A stretch of DNA of 64,000 nt, from positions 1,936,830 through 2,000,829 of the forward strand of contig CBDFKX010000002.1 in the NCBI GenBank assembly GCA_965249055.1. Reading direction: 5' to 3'. The notes beneath the pieces were generated by a model that saw only the letters and a program-made list of their open reading frames with translations, did not search any database and was not told the DNA's origin. This document shows, piece after piece, positions 18,897-28,786 of the stretch. The position numbers were made by a program, and so were the translations under genes. Each line of letters begins with the position of its first letter. The first letter of the stretch is position 1. Source of the stretch: Candidatus Aldehydirespiratoraceae bacterium. Its GTDB lineage: Bacteria > Actinomycetota > Acidimicrobiia > Acidimicrobiales > Aldehydirespiratoraceae.

Positions 18897-19931
18897 ATGA
18901 TTAACGGCCTTATCTACGCGGTCGGCGGGCTGCTGGTGCTTGCCGTGGCTTCCGATCAGTTCGTGAAGGGAGCGGTTCGCGTAGCGGTTGTCATGCGCAT
19001 CGCCCCGGTGATCGTCGGGACGGTGATTGTGGGTTTCGGTACCAGCGCACCCGAAATGGTCGTGTCTGGAATTGCTGCTGTCGAGGGAAATCTCGACATC
19101 GGTGTCGGCAACGTCATCGGCTCCAACGTCGCCAACATTTCTTTGGTTCTGGGCTTCGCGACGCTTGTCTCCGCGGTCCCGGTGAAGCCCTCAATACTGC
19201 GCCGTGAGGTACCGATATCTGTGGCGTCGGTAGTTATCTTCGCAGTGCTGATTCAGGGAGAGATCACACGTTTGGAGGGCACGATTCTGGTGCTCTTGTT
19301 GGTCGGCGCACTGGGGTTCATCTTGCGCACCTCGTCTCGGCACCAAGCGGAACCCGACGCGCTGTCGGCAAGCGATAGATCAGCGGCGGACCGAACAGAA
19401 CCGGACACAACAGCACCCGACATCGCAGAACTCGGAGTGCTTCGTCACGAAATTGAGGAGCTCGTCGGCGAAGCAGTGCCTTCGGCGATCACCGAGTCGA
19501 TCCGTACCGTCATCGGACTGGTGCTGGTCGCGGGTTCGGCCTGGTTCATTGTCACCGGGGCCGAACGAATTGCCGAAGAACTTGACCTGACAGGAGGCTT
19601 CATCGGCTTCACCTTGGTGGCGATTGGAACCTCCGCACCCGAACTCTTCACTGCCATTGCGGCCTCGCGCCGGGGCGAGATTGAGCTCTTGATCGGAAAT
19701 CTGCTTGGCTCCAACATGTTCAACAGCTTGGCGGTCGGCGGTGTGATCGGGCTCGCGGGACCAGGGCGGGTACTCGATGCCAGCCTGTCTGTTTGGGGTT
19801 CAACGATGATGGTTGCGGTGGTGGTTGTGAGCGCGGTGATGATGATCACCAAGAAAAGTGTCAGCCGCGTCGAAGGGCTTGTGCTGCTGGCTATGTGGGT
19901 GGCCTGCGTGGCGGTGTTAGCGACCGCTTAG
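18897..19931 (+). CDS. Ca2+/Na+ antiporter (CaCA family)
   Basis: Two alpha-repeats: GTSAPEMVVS...GNVIGSNVANISLVLG and GTSAPELFTAI...GNLLGSNMFNSL. Confidence 0.85.
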   Translation: MINGLIYAVGGLLVLAVASDQFVKGAVRVAVVMRIAPVIVGTVIVGFGTSAPEMVVSGIAAVEGNLDIGVGNVIGSNVANISLVLGFATLVSAVPVKPSILRREVPISVASVVIFAVLIQGEITRLEGTILVLLLVGALGFILRTSSRHQAEPDALSASDRSAADRTEPDTTAPDIAELGVLRHEIEELVGEAVPSAITESIRTVIGLVLVAGSAWFIVTGAERIAEELDLTGGFIGFTLVAIGTSAPELFTAIAASRRGEIELLIGNLLGSNMFNSLAVGGVIGLAGPGRVLDASLSVWGSTMMVAVVVVSAVMMITKKSVSRVEGLVLLAMWVACVAVLATA

Positions 19932-19938
19932 AGTCGGC

Positions 19939-22077
19939 TCAGCGCGCCAAGATTTTGGCTAGCTCATCAAAATGGGGGAGTTGGTGGAGTGGTGCGATCA
20001 AGGTGATTTGATCGTCGGCTTCGAGTACGAACTCTTCGCTTGCCCTGTGGACTACGCCATCTCGGGCGACCGCTTCAAGGTCGAAGCCTTCGTCAATATT
20101 GAGTTCGTCGACCCTCATTCCTATCAATGCGCCGCTCGACAGTTCCGGCAGCAGCGTGTACTGGCCGATTGAGAGATTTGGCAAGAGTGCTTCTTTGACC
20201 TCAGCCTCATACGCTGCGCCGGCCACCGCGCGGGCTCCATCAGCATGCAGGTATGCCGCCAACTCTCCTGCTAGTCGTAGAGCTCTCCCTGGCGCGTCGG
20301 AGCAACCTGCCAGAAAGAACAAGGCGTTGACCCGCTCGCCGCGGCCACCCCAAGCGGCTGGTATTCGGAGTGCACGTCCAGCCTGCACGATGACCAAGTG
20401 ATCGTCGTCGGTGTCAAAAAAAGCGACGGGAGTAGCTGTCGGGTGGGTGTCTGATGGCTGGATCCATAAAGACTCGGTAGCTAGAAACCGTTCGGTCACA
20501 GCGGCCGTGTCAATACCCATTCTCGCGCCCAATACAGCAGCTGCTCGTTGCGCCGCGAAGTTGATGTCCTCTCCCTCAGGAACGCTCAATACCGCTGCTC
20601 GGGCTATCAGGCCCGGGTATTCGTCCTCGGCGCGCAGGCCGTGACTCTGCATCGCCTGGCTGATCTCTCGGTCAATTCCGCGGTCGACGAGTTTCCCCCA
20701 TCTCTCGAAGACGTGGTAGATCGCGCCTGCGTGTGTGGCCCGGGTTCGTCCGTAGATCAAGTACCAAACGGTTCCCGCAACGACAGAAGCGCCCGTTAAC
20801 AGCAGCGCTAGGGCACCAAGCTCAACAATCAGATAGCCGTCGATCAGAATGGCAGAAAGTTGCAAGTACGGAAAGAGGGGGGCTTTGAAACTTGGCGCGT
20901 AGGACGAGATTCGTGCTGCTCGCAACACCAGCACAGCCGCGTTGACGAGCAGAAGCGTGAGGAGGACGAAAGCGCTGGCAAGTTTGGCGATGGCTGCCAC
21001 ATCAAAGGCGACCACCACCGTCGCCATGCCGGCAGCCGTCAGCACTACCCCCCAAATGGGTGTTTTGAAGCGGCTGATGCGACCGAACCGCGCTGATATC
21101 AGGTGATCCCGGCTCATTGCCAGGGGATAGCGGGCGGCTGCCAAGATGCCGGCGTTGGCCGCCGAGGAGAAGGCAGCCAGCGCGGCGATTACCACGATTA
21201 CCGCACCGGCGGTCGGCATCACGACTTTTGCTGCCGAGTGGATGGGGGCCAGATCGTCGTGGAGTTCAACTGCAGGCAACACCGCCACGGTCACGAGCAT
21301 TCCCAGCGTGTAGACCGTGGTGCTGACCAATAGCGACAGTGACATACCGAGCGGGATGTTGCGCGAGGGGTCTTCGATCTCCTCGGCCGCAGAAGCAACT
21401 TTGGTGAGTCCTCCGTAGGAAACGAACACCAGACCGATAACCGCCATCAATCCTCCCACTCCGTCGGTGAGGAACGGGCTCATGTCACCGCCGCCGTCGA
21501 GCTGGGTCAGCCCGGCGCCAAGGAACCAGGCCAGAGCTGTGAGGACGAACGCCACAAGCACCATCTGTAAGGCACCACTTACCCTGGAGCCCAGAATGTT
21601 GACGATAGTGAAAGCAGCGATCAGGGCCACAGCGAGGGGCTTCGCGGGAACGTCAAAGACGATGTTGAGGTAAGCGCTCATGCCGACGAGCGCGAAAGCG
21701 TCTTTTAGAACCAACGACAACCAAGTGGCCATGCCGGCCACGGTCCCCACAGCGGGTCCGAGCGCTCGTTCCAAGAAGTAGTAGGCGCCGCCGGCGCGGG
21801 GCATGGCGGTACTGAGTTCGGCGACCGCGAGCATTGCGGGTACTGCGAGGAGTCCGGCAATGGCGTAGGCGAGCACGGCGCTGGGACCTGCTTCTGCCGC
21901 GGCCAGGCCAGGCAACAGAAACAGCCCCGAACTCAGCATGGCCCCGGTGGAGATTACAAACACATGCCGTAACCCCAGCGAACGCGTCAGGTCGCCACCG
22001 TTGGTTGCGCCCATAGCCATCTGCAACCATACGCAATTCCCTCGCGTTGGTCCATCACTAGAGGCTTGGTGCTGCAA
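19939..22077 (-). CDS. APC-family amino-acid permease fused to cytoplasmic PTS-EIIA-like and TrkA-C domains
   Basis: About 12 TM segments, followed by a soluble C-terminus of about 240 aa that ends in a TrkA-C-like segment (IGMRVDELNIDEGFDLEAVARDGVVHRASEEFVLEADDQITLIAP). The start is uncertain (Met1, Met20 or Met22). Confidence 0.7.
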   Translation of the reverse strand: MQHQASSDGPTRGNCVWLQMAMGATNGGDLTRSLGLRHVFVISTGAMLSSGLFLLPGLAAAEAGPSAVLAYAIAGLLAVPAMLAVAELSTAMPRAGGAYYFLERALGPAVGTVAGMATWLSLVLKDAFALVGMSAYLNIVFDVPAKPLAVALIAAFTIVNILGSRVSGALQMVLVAFVLTALAWFLGAGLTQLDGGGDMSPFLTDGVGGLMAVIGLVFVSYGGLTKVASAAEEIEDPSRNIPLGMSLSLLVSTTVYTLGMLVTVAVLPAVELHDDLAPIHSAAKVVMPTAGAVIVVIAALAAFSSAANAGILAAARYPLAMSRDHLISARFGRISRFKTPIWGVVLTAAGMATVVVAFDVAAIAKLASAFVLLTLLLVNAAVLVLRAARISSYAPSFKAPLFPYLQLSAILIDGYLIVELGALALLLTGASVVAGTVWYLIYGRTRATHAGAIYHVFERWGKLVDRGIDREISQAMQSHGLRAEDEYPGLIARAAVLSVPEGEDINFAAQRAAAVLGARMGIDTAAVTERFLATESLWIQPSDTHPTATPVAFFDTDDDHLVIVQAGRALRIPAAWGGRGERVNALFFLAGCSDAPGRALRLAGELAAYLHADGARAVAGAAYEAEVKEALLPNLSIGQYTLLPELSSGALIGMRVDELNIDEGFDLEAVARDGVVHRASEEFVLEADDQITLIAPLHQLPHFDELAKILAR

Positions 22078-22148
22078 CGGGGTCTGGTGGCGCTACGGTC
22101 GAGCGACGGGGTTGGCTTAGCTCGCCAACGGTTAGGGTCGGATTCACG

Positions 22149-23468
22149 ATGTCAACTCAGTCATATGCGATTGTGACGCTTGGATGTCCCAAGAATCAGG
22201 TCGACTCGGACAAGTTGGCGGGGACACTCGCCCGTACCGGCATGGCGGCCGCCAGCGATGTCGAAACCGCTGATGTGGTGGTTGTCAATACCTGCGCATT
22301 CATCGAAGAAGCCCGCCAGGAATCGGTTGAGACGATTCTGGCGGTTGCTGAGCAGCGCAATGCCGGCGCGCGGCTCATTGTCACAGGCTGTATGGCGGAG
22401 CGCTATGGCGCTGAACTGACCGCCGAATTGCCCGAGATTGATCATCTGGCGCCGTTTGGAACGTCACTCATCCCAGCGCTGACGGGAGGCTCTGGTCAGG
22501 ATTCGCCTGGCACGCAGGTTGAACCTGCAGCAGTGCCTGTTGCGCTCGGGCCGACTCGCGGGTCCGTTCGGCGGGTCCCTGACTTCGATCTACTGAACCT
22601 GCCGCGACCCACAGCACAACGGCCCTGGGCCTATGTCAAGATCGCCGAAGGATGCGATCGGGTTTGTGGCTTCTGCGCCATCCCGTCGTTTCGGGGTCCG
22701 CAACGCAGTCGCACAATCGAACAAATCATGTCCGAGGTCGAACAACTCGCGGCGCAAGAAATAGTCCTGGTAGCGCAAGACTTGGCCGCCTATGGAAGGG
22801 ATCAGGGCACACAGAAGCGGTCCATAGTTGAGCTGGTGCGAGCCGTTGCCACGGCGGTCGAAAGGGTCAGACTGCTATACCTCTACCCTTCAGATCTCTC
22901 CGAAATTCTGATCGACACAATCTGTGATTCAGGCGTTCCCTACTTCGACTTGTCGCTTCAGCATGTATCGCCTCGTTTGTTGCGGAGCATGCGTCGCTGG
23001 GGCAATGGCGAGAAGTTTCTGGACCGGATTGAGACCATCCGCGACTCAGAACCCGGCGCCGCGTTCCGTTCGAACTTCATTGTCGGCTATCCGGGCGAAA
23101 CCGAAGAAGACCACGATCAACTTTTGGAGTTCATTACCGAGGCAAGGCTTGACTGGTGCGGTTTCTTTGCCTATTCCGAAGAGGTGGGAACCTATGCGGT
23201 GTCTCTGGACCACAAGGTTGATCCAGAACTCATCGCGGATCGGCTCGCGGAGCTGTCTGAGTTGCAAGACACGATTACCGCCACCAAACGTGACGAATTG
23301 ATAGGCAGCGAGGTCCAAGTTCTTGTGGATGAATCTGGGATCGGACGCAGCTACAGAGAAGCACCTGAAATCGACGGGATCATTTCCGTGCCCCAAACTC
23401 TTGAGGTGGGAACGATTCAGACTTTGACGGTTACCGGGGCCATCGGCCCGGACCTGGAGGCGCGGTGA
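22149..23468 (+). CDS. rimO: Ribosomal protein S12 methylthiotransferase (radical SAM, MiaB/RimO family)
   Basis: Motifs found: VTLGCPKNQVDSDK and CDRVCGFCAIP (CxxxCxxC), plus a TRAM domain. It sits upstream of pgsA-cinA. Confidence 0.8.
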   Translation: MSTQSYAIVTLGCPKNQVDSDKLAGTLARTGMAAASDVETADVVVVNTCAFIEEARQESVETILAVAEQRNAGARLIVTGCMAERYGAELTAELPEIDHLAPFGTSLIPALTGGSGQDSPGTQVEPAAVPVALGPTRGSVRRVPDFDLLNLPRPTAQRPWAYVKIAEGCDRVCGFCAIPSFRGPQRSRTIEQIMSEVEQLAAQEIVLVAQDLAAYGRDQGTQKRSIVELVRAVATAVERVRLLYLYPSDLSEILIDTICDSGVPYFDLSLQHVSPRLLRSMRRWGNGEKFLDRIETIRDSEPGAAFRSNFIVGYPGETEEDHDQLLEFITEARLDWCGFFAYSEEVGTYAVSLDHKVDPELIADRLAELSELQDTITATKRDELIGSEVQVLVDESGIGRSYREAPEIDGIISVPQTLEVGTIQTLTVTGAIGPDLEAR

Positions 23469-24043
23469 GCGATTTGGCGGTGCCGCGCAGTGCTGGGATA
23501 ACCCATCCGGCGAACCTGCTGACGATCACGCGTCTGCTGTTCGCCCCGTTGTTGTTCTGGTTGCTGCTTTCAGCGCGGGACACGCGAGGGGTTTCTTGGG
23601 CAGCTTTCGGACTCGGTGTCGCCTTGGCGAGCACTGACTTCTTCGACGGAAAAATTGCCCGTAGAGCAAATGTTGTCAGCCGCAGCGGTGCATTTCTCGA
23701 TCCCTTGGCAGACAAGGTAGTGATTCTCGGCTCGGGGTTTTGCTTAGTTGCGGTGGATCGCTATTGGTGGCTTCCGGTGACACTCATGGCTGTTCGCGAG
23801 CTTGGGATTACCGCGTGGCGCGGCCGTTGGGCACGCCATGGATTGGCCTTGCCAGCTCGACGGTCAGCGAAGTACAAAACCTTCGTGCAGGGAGTTGCCC
23901 TAGCCACCGCCGTGATGCCAACGCTTCAAGACCAGGACACTCTGATAGACGTGATGTTGTGGATCGCGGTTGTATGGACGCTTGTGTCTGGGATTCAGTA
24001 CCTGATCGACGGCCAGAATGCGCTGAGCTCCACAGGTGAGTGA
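23465..24043 (+). CDS. pgsA: CDP-diacylglycerol--glycerol-3-phosphate 3-phosphatidyltransferase
   Basis: The motif DFFDGKIARRANVVSRSGAFLDPLADK matches the CDP-alcohol phosphatidyltransferase signature. Confidence 0.85.
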   Translation: MSDLAVPRSAGITHPANLLTITRLLFAPLLFWLLLSARDTRGVSWAAFGLGVALASTDFFDGKIARRANVVSRSGAFLDPLADKVVILGSGFCLVAVDRYWWLPVTLMAVRELGITAWRGRWARHGLALPARRSAKYKTFVQGVALATAVMPTLQDQDTLIDVMLWIAVVWTLVSGIQYLIDGQNALSSTGE

Positions 24044-24057
24044 TCTAAAGAGCGTCG

Positions 24058-25326
24058 ATGAACTGTGAAGTGGTGGCGGTCGGAACCGAACTGCTGCTGG
24101 GACAGATTGTCGACACCAACTCGTCGTGGATTGGTGAGCAACTGGCGCTGGTGGGCATCGACAGCCATCACCAAACAAAAGTCGGCGACAACTTGGATCG
24201 CATGATCTCGGTACTTGAGCAGGCCCTTGGTCGCAGCGACGCAGTAATCGTTTGCGGTGGTCTGGGGCCGACCCAGGACGATATAACCCGCGAGGCAATC
24301 GCTGCGGTTATGGGGGTGGAACTGGTCCGCGATGAACGAATCATCGCCAAGATCGAAACCATGTTCGGGGGCCGCAGTCGCAATATGCCGGAGAACAACA
24401 AGCGTCAGGCAGATGTGCCCGTTGGAGCGCGTGTCAATCCCGCGATGCCCGGCACAGCAGCAGGGCTGATCTGTGCACTCAGCGGTGCCAACGAAGGCAA
24501 AGTGATATATGCGGTCCCGGGAGTGCCCTGGGAGATGCAGCAGATGGTGCTGGAAGGAGTTCTCCCGGACCTGCGGGAACGAGCAGGAATCACCGCAGTG
24601 ATTCGTAGCCGGACTTTGCGTACTTGGGGTCAGTCTGAGTCTGGTCTGGCCGAACAACTCGACGAAGAAATCCGGCGTCTCGATCAGACCGGTACGGCAA
24701 CGATCGCTTTTCTTGCCAGTGGGTTGGAAGGTTTGAAGGTGCGTATCACGGCAAAAGCCCACAGCGAAGCCGAAGCGGTCGCCATTCTCGACGACGAGGA
24801 AACTCGAGTCCGAGACCTCATCGGCGACATCGTCTTTGGAACAGACGACGACACGATCGAGTCGGTAGTTCTGGACTTGTTGCGTAGGCGTCAAATGACT
24901 CTCGCCTTGGCTGAATCGTTCACTGGAGGGCTTGTCTCAAGCCGAATCGTTGCTAATCGGGGTTGCAGCGAAGTATTTCGGGGAGCGATCGTCCCGTATC
25001 ACCGTGATCTCAAGCAGTCTCTACTCGGTGCTGCCGATGTAGCTGCCGTCAGCGAACAAATGGTGATCGAAATGGCCGAAGGTGCATGCCGCGTTCTCGA
25101 TGCCGACGTTGGTCTCGCCCTGTCAGGCGTCGCTGGCCCGCAGCCCCACGAGGGTGTCGAAGCGGGGGTTGTTTGTATCGGCATTCATATTGCCGGCGAC
25201 GGACCGGCGAAAAAAAACATCTCAGAGGCGACCACAATCAAGTTGCCCTTCGACCGTGAACGGATCCGGCAGTTCAGTTGCATCATGGCGCTCAATATGC
25301 TCCGCACCCGACTACTGGACTCATAA
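24058..25326 (+). CDS. cinA: CinA-family competence/damage-inducible protein (NMN amidohydrolase domain)
   Basis: The N-terminus reads VVAVGTELLLGQIVDTNSSWI, and a C-terminal PncC domain is present. Confidence 0.85.
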   Translation: MNCEVVAVGTELLLGQIVDTNSSWIGEQLALVGIDSHHQTKVGDNLDRMISVLEQALGRSDAVIVCGGLGPTQDDITREAIAAVMGVELVRDERIIAKIETMFGGRSRNMPENNKRQADVPVGARVNPAMPGTAAGLICALSGANEGKVIYAVPGVPWEMQQMVLEGVLPDLRERAGITAVIRSRTLRTWGQSESGLAEQLDEEIRRLDQTGTATIAFLASGLEGLKVRITAKAHSEAEAVAILDDEETRVRDLIGDIVFGTDDDTIESVVLDLLRRRQMTLALAESFTGGLVSSRIVANRGCSEVFRGAIVPYHRDLKQSLLGAADVAAVSEQMVIEMAEGACRVLDADVGLALSGVAGPQPHEGVEAGVVCIGIHIAGDGPAKKNISEATTIKLPFDRERIRQFSCIMALNMLRTRLLDS

Positions 25327-25339
25327 TGGACTCAATCTG

Positions 25340-26407
25340 ATGCGTACCGAACTAGACCTTGAACTCCTCGGACAAACCATCCAGGATCTGTACCGCATGA
25401 AACAGGGCGAGGCCATGAGCGCCGTCGTCCACCTAGGCGTGCGCCTCGGGCTGTTTGATGCCCTCGACCAGGCACCCGAATCGACCTCGGCTGAGTTGGC
25501 AGATGCGACCGGCCTACACGAGCGTTGGATCCGAGAATGGCTTTGCGCGGTGGCGGCTGCGGGCCTGGCCGAGCATGACGATGGCCGCTTCAACCTGACA
25601 CCGGAGGCTAAAGCAACGCTTTGCGAACCCGATCATCCCGCGGCGACCGCTGGTGTCTTTGGGCTTCCCATCACCCATCACGAGATCAATCGGACAGCGG
25701 AGGCGTTTGAAACCGGGTTGGGTATGACCTGGAGCGAACATGGAGTCCACGCCTGTCATTTTCAGGCCGCTATGAGCGCATCGGGGCAGCGGGCCTGGCT
25801 GGTGCCGGTAATCCTCGACTCCATTGAGGGGATGACTGAGCGGTTGACAGCGGGGGCGACTGTTGTCGACGTGGGTTGCGGTTCGGGGGTGGCTGCTGTG
25901 GCCATCGCCGGCGCCTATCCGCAATCGACTGTGGTCGGCATTGACCCGTCGGCTCACGCCATTGAGTCAGCGAACCAGCGAGCGGCCTCGGAGGGTCTGA
26001 CAAACTTGTCGTTCCAGTCGGGGACCTTTGACGATCTCGGCGATTTCAGCGATGTTGATCTACTAGTGACCCTCGATGTGCTTCACGATCTGCCGAACCC
26101 CGCCGCCGCGGTCGCAGCAGCTCTATCATGCCTAGCCGACGATGGTGTCTGGATGGTGGCCGACATCAAGACCAGAGGTGGCCTTGAAGAGAACCGGCAG
26201 ATCCCGGTGCTGCCGTTGATGTACGCCATGTCGATCCTGTACTGCATGTCTTCGGCCATGTCCGAACCAAACGGTGCCGGACTGGGAACCCTGGGACTCA
26301 CCGTTGAGGTGTTCGAGGAAATGACGACTGCCGCGGGCTTCGGCAGTGTTGAGCTTCGCGAGTTCGAAATCGATCCGCTGAACCGTTATTACGAAGTGCG
26401 AATCTGA
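25340..26407 (+). CDS. Class I SAM-dependent methyltransferase with an N-terminal winged-helix domain
   Basis: Contains VVDVGCGSGVAAVAIA (motif I). The ATG at 25340 was chosen; the upstream part of the ORF overlaps cinA. Confidence 0.7.
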   Translation: MRTELDLELLGQTIQDLYRMKQGEAMSAVVHLGVRLGLFDALDQAPESTSAELADATGLHERWIREWLCAVAAAGLAEHDDGRFNLTPEAKATLCEPDHPAATAGVFGLPITHHEINRTAEAFETGLGMTWSEHGVHACHFQAAMSASGQRAWLVPVILDSIEGMTERLTAGATVVDVGCGSGVAAVAIAGAYPQSTVVGIDPSAHAIESANQRAASEGLTNLSFQSGTFDDLGDFSDVDLLVTLDVLHDLPNPAAAVAAALSCLADDGVWMVADIKTRGGLEENRQIPVLPLMYAMSILYCMSSAMSEPNGAGLGTLGLTVEVFEEMTTAAGFGSVELREFEIDPLNRYYEVRI

Positions 26408-26431
26408 CGGACGACCAGAAGCGAGCGAGAG

Positions 26432-27223
26432 ATGCCATTCATCGAGGTCAATGACCTCACCATGTATTACGAACTTCACGGTCGAGGCCCGAATCTGTTG
26501 CACATCTCGGGTAGTGGCGGTGATCTTCGCCAGACCGCTCCGCAGTTGAACGGTCTCAACCGTGACTTCTTGGGGCTGCACTATGACCAGCGCTGTCTGG
26601 GCCAGACAACGCTCGGTGATCATGAACCGACCATGTTTGACTACGCCGATGACACGGCGGCTCTTTGTGCCGCTCTGGGTTGGGGCCGCGCTCGGGTGGT
26701 CGGCACGTCGTTCGGCGGGATGGTGGCGCAGCACCTTGCCATTCGTCACCCGGATCTTGTTGAGCGATTGGTATTGAACTGCACATCGCCAGGCGGAGAA
26801 TTGGCTTCTTTCCCGCTAGACGAGCTTTCAGACGTTCCCGGGACTGAAAGGGCCGAATTGATGCTGGCGCTCTTGGATACTCGCTACCGCGTCAGCAGCG
26901 GTGATGAACTTATTGGCCTTGAAGGGCTCACTTCGCAGTATCGCGACGGTTACGCACTATCCACATCGGCTGAGTCGGCCAAGGGGTTTGCCAAACAACT
27001 CGAAGCGCGACGGCACCACGACGTAACAGCTGACCTCAACTTGGTTTCGGCTCCGACCCTCGTGTGTGCAGGGCGCTTCGACGGGATTGCTCCGGTAGCC
27101 AATTCAGAAGCGATCGTTGCGGGTATCGCGCAGGCTCAGCTGGAGGTCTTTGAGGGAGGCCATCTCTTCATGCTGCAAGACCCCAGGTCGCTCTCGGTGA
27201 CGCGCGACTTTCTTATGGAATAA
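26432..27223 (+). CDS. Alpha/beta hydrolase
   Basis: Contains VVGTSFGGMVA (nucleophile elbow) and a C-terminal GGHLFMLQDP. Confidence 0.75.
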   Translation: MPFIEVNDLTMYYELHGRGPNLLHISGSGGDLRQTAPQLNGLNRDFLGLHYDQRCLGQTTLGDHEPTMFDYADDTAALCAALGWGRARVVGTSFGGMVAQHLAIRHPDLVERLVLNCTSPGGELASFPLDELSDVPGTERAELMLALLDTRYRVSSGDELIGLEGLTSQYRDGYALSTSAESAKGFAKQLEARRHHDVTADLNLVSAPTLVCAGRFDGIAPVANSEAIVAGIAQAQLEVFEGGHLFMLQDPRSLSVTRDFLME

Positions 27224-27276
27224 GTGGGCGCTGTGGGCTGACGGCTCAGTTCGCGCGATTCGATTTGAGCGACTGC

Positions 27277-28659
27277 CTAACGCGAGCGTCGCTGGCCGTG
27301 ACCTGCAGAACTCCGGTGTCGCTGTGTGGCACCGCTGGACACACGTTGTCGGTTGCGGTGTTTGGATTTGCTGTGCTGTTTGGATTTGTCTGCGGAGTGT
27401 TGGTTCTTCGCGCCGTGTCCGTTGCGACGGGATGAATTGGAACGGGTCTTAGGCGAAGCACCGCGAGGTGCGTGTTTTCCGTTGCGTCGAGCAGGGGACT
27501 CGCCTGGGTGAACAGGCTCCGTGGGTACAGACAGAGCCGGACCATCCAGCGTGGGTGGCGCCGAGATTTCCTGTGACAGCTTGAGCCGTCGTTTCATGGC
27601 TTTGACCAGCTTGACCTGAGATGGATCTACGAACGACACCACATGTCCCTGCGCGCCGGCGCGTGCCGTTCTCCCTGAACGATGGATATAGGCAGAGTCC
27701 TCGTCGACGGGGTCGTAGTGCACCACGCACTCGACACCGTCGACGTGAATGCCGCGGGCCGCGACATCGGTTGCAACCAACGCAAGGGCTTTGCCTGAGG
27801 CGAACTCGTGGAGGGCACGGGAACGCTGTGCTTGCGAGCGGTTCCCATGGATGGCCGCTGCTGAGATTCCCACCTGTTTGAGCTGGCGGGCGGCGCGATC
27901 TGCGCCGTGGCGTGTGCGGGTGAACACGATGGTGGAGCCGAACGTGGCTATCACAGAAGCACACAGACCGATTCGCTCAGGCCTTGGAATCTCCCAAAAG
28001 TGGTGCTGAGTAGCTGCTAGGTCGGGTGCTTCGGACCCCACTGAATGGCGTACCGGATCAGTTTGGTAATTTTTGATGAGCTTGCCCACATCACCCTCAA
28101 GGGTTGCCGAGAACAGCATCGTGTGACGCGTCTCGGAAGTGTCGTCAAGAATGCGACGGACCGCTGGCATGAAACCCATGTCGGCCATGCGGTCGGCCTC
28201 GTCGATCACGACAGTCGTGACTCGCTTGAGACTGACGGTGCGGCGCTCAATGAGATCTTCTAAGCGGCCGGGTGTAGCCACTAGCACGTCAACGCCGCGT
28301 CGCAGCTTCTTGATCTGAGGCTCAAGGCCGACACCTCCGTACACCGCGGCGATGCGGCGCTCTACTGTCTCGGCCAAAGGTCGGAGTTCGGTCGCTATTT
28401 GCTCGGCCAGTTCACGAGTCGGTGCGAGAATCAACGCGCTCGGGAGTTTCGGTTCGGCTCTGCGCACTCGTGTCAGCAGGGGAATACCGAAAGCAAGAGT
28501 CTTGCCGGAGCCAGTAGGGGCGCGGCCAACGACATCACGGCCGTTCAGCAAGTCGGGGATAGTAGCGGCTTGGATCTCGAAGGGGGAGGTGATGCCACCC
28601 CGGTCCAGGACCGCGCGAATTGAATCAGGGACGCCGAGATCGGCGAACGTGGGGCTCAT
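27277..28659 (-). CDS. DEAD-box ATP-dependent RNA helicase with a basic C-terminal tail
   Basis: Motifs found: Q-motif, APTGSGKT, DEAD (VIDEADRM), SAT and HRSGRTARAG. The tail is Arg/Lys/Ser/His-rich. Confidence 0.9.
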   Translation of the reverse strand: MSPTFADLGVPDSIRAVLDRGGITSPFEIQAATIPDLLNGRDVVGRAPTGSGKTLAFGIPLLTRVRRAEPKLPSALILAPTRELAEQIATELRPLAETVERRIAAVYGGVGLEPQIKKLRRGVDVLVATPGRLEDLIERRTVSLKRVTTVVIDEADRMADMGFMPAVRRILDDTSETRHTMLFSATLEGDVGKLIKNYQTDPVRHSVGSEAPDLAATQHHFWEIPRPERIGLCASVIATFGSTIVFTRTRHGADRAARQLKQVGISAAAIHGNRSQAQRSRALHEFASGKALALVATDVAARGIHVDGVECVVHYDPVDEDSAYIHRSGRTARAGAQGHVVSFVDPSQVKLVKAMKRRLKLSQEISAPPTLDGPALSVPTEPVHPGESPARRNGKHAPRGASPKTRSNSSRRNGHGAKNQHSADKSKQHSKSKHRNRQRVSSGATQRHRSSAGHGQRRSR

Positions 28660-28786
28660 CGGGGGACACTCCGGCAGCGGGGATGGTGTGCGACGATCGC
28701 GTCGCCCACGTGGTCCGATGCTTTAGCAGGCTACCGGTGCGTCGCGCGGTTAAGACACCGCGGCGATATTCGCTCGTTGAACTCTG

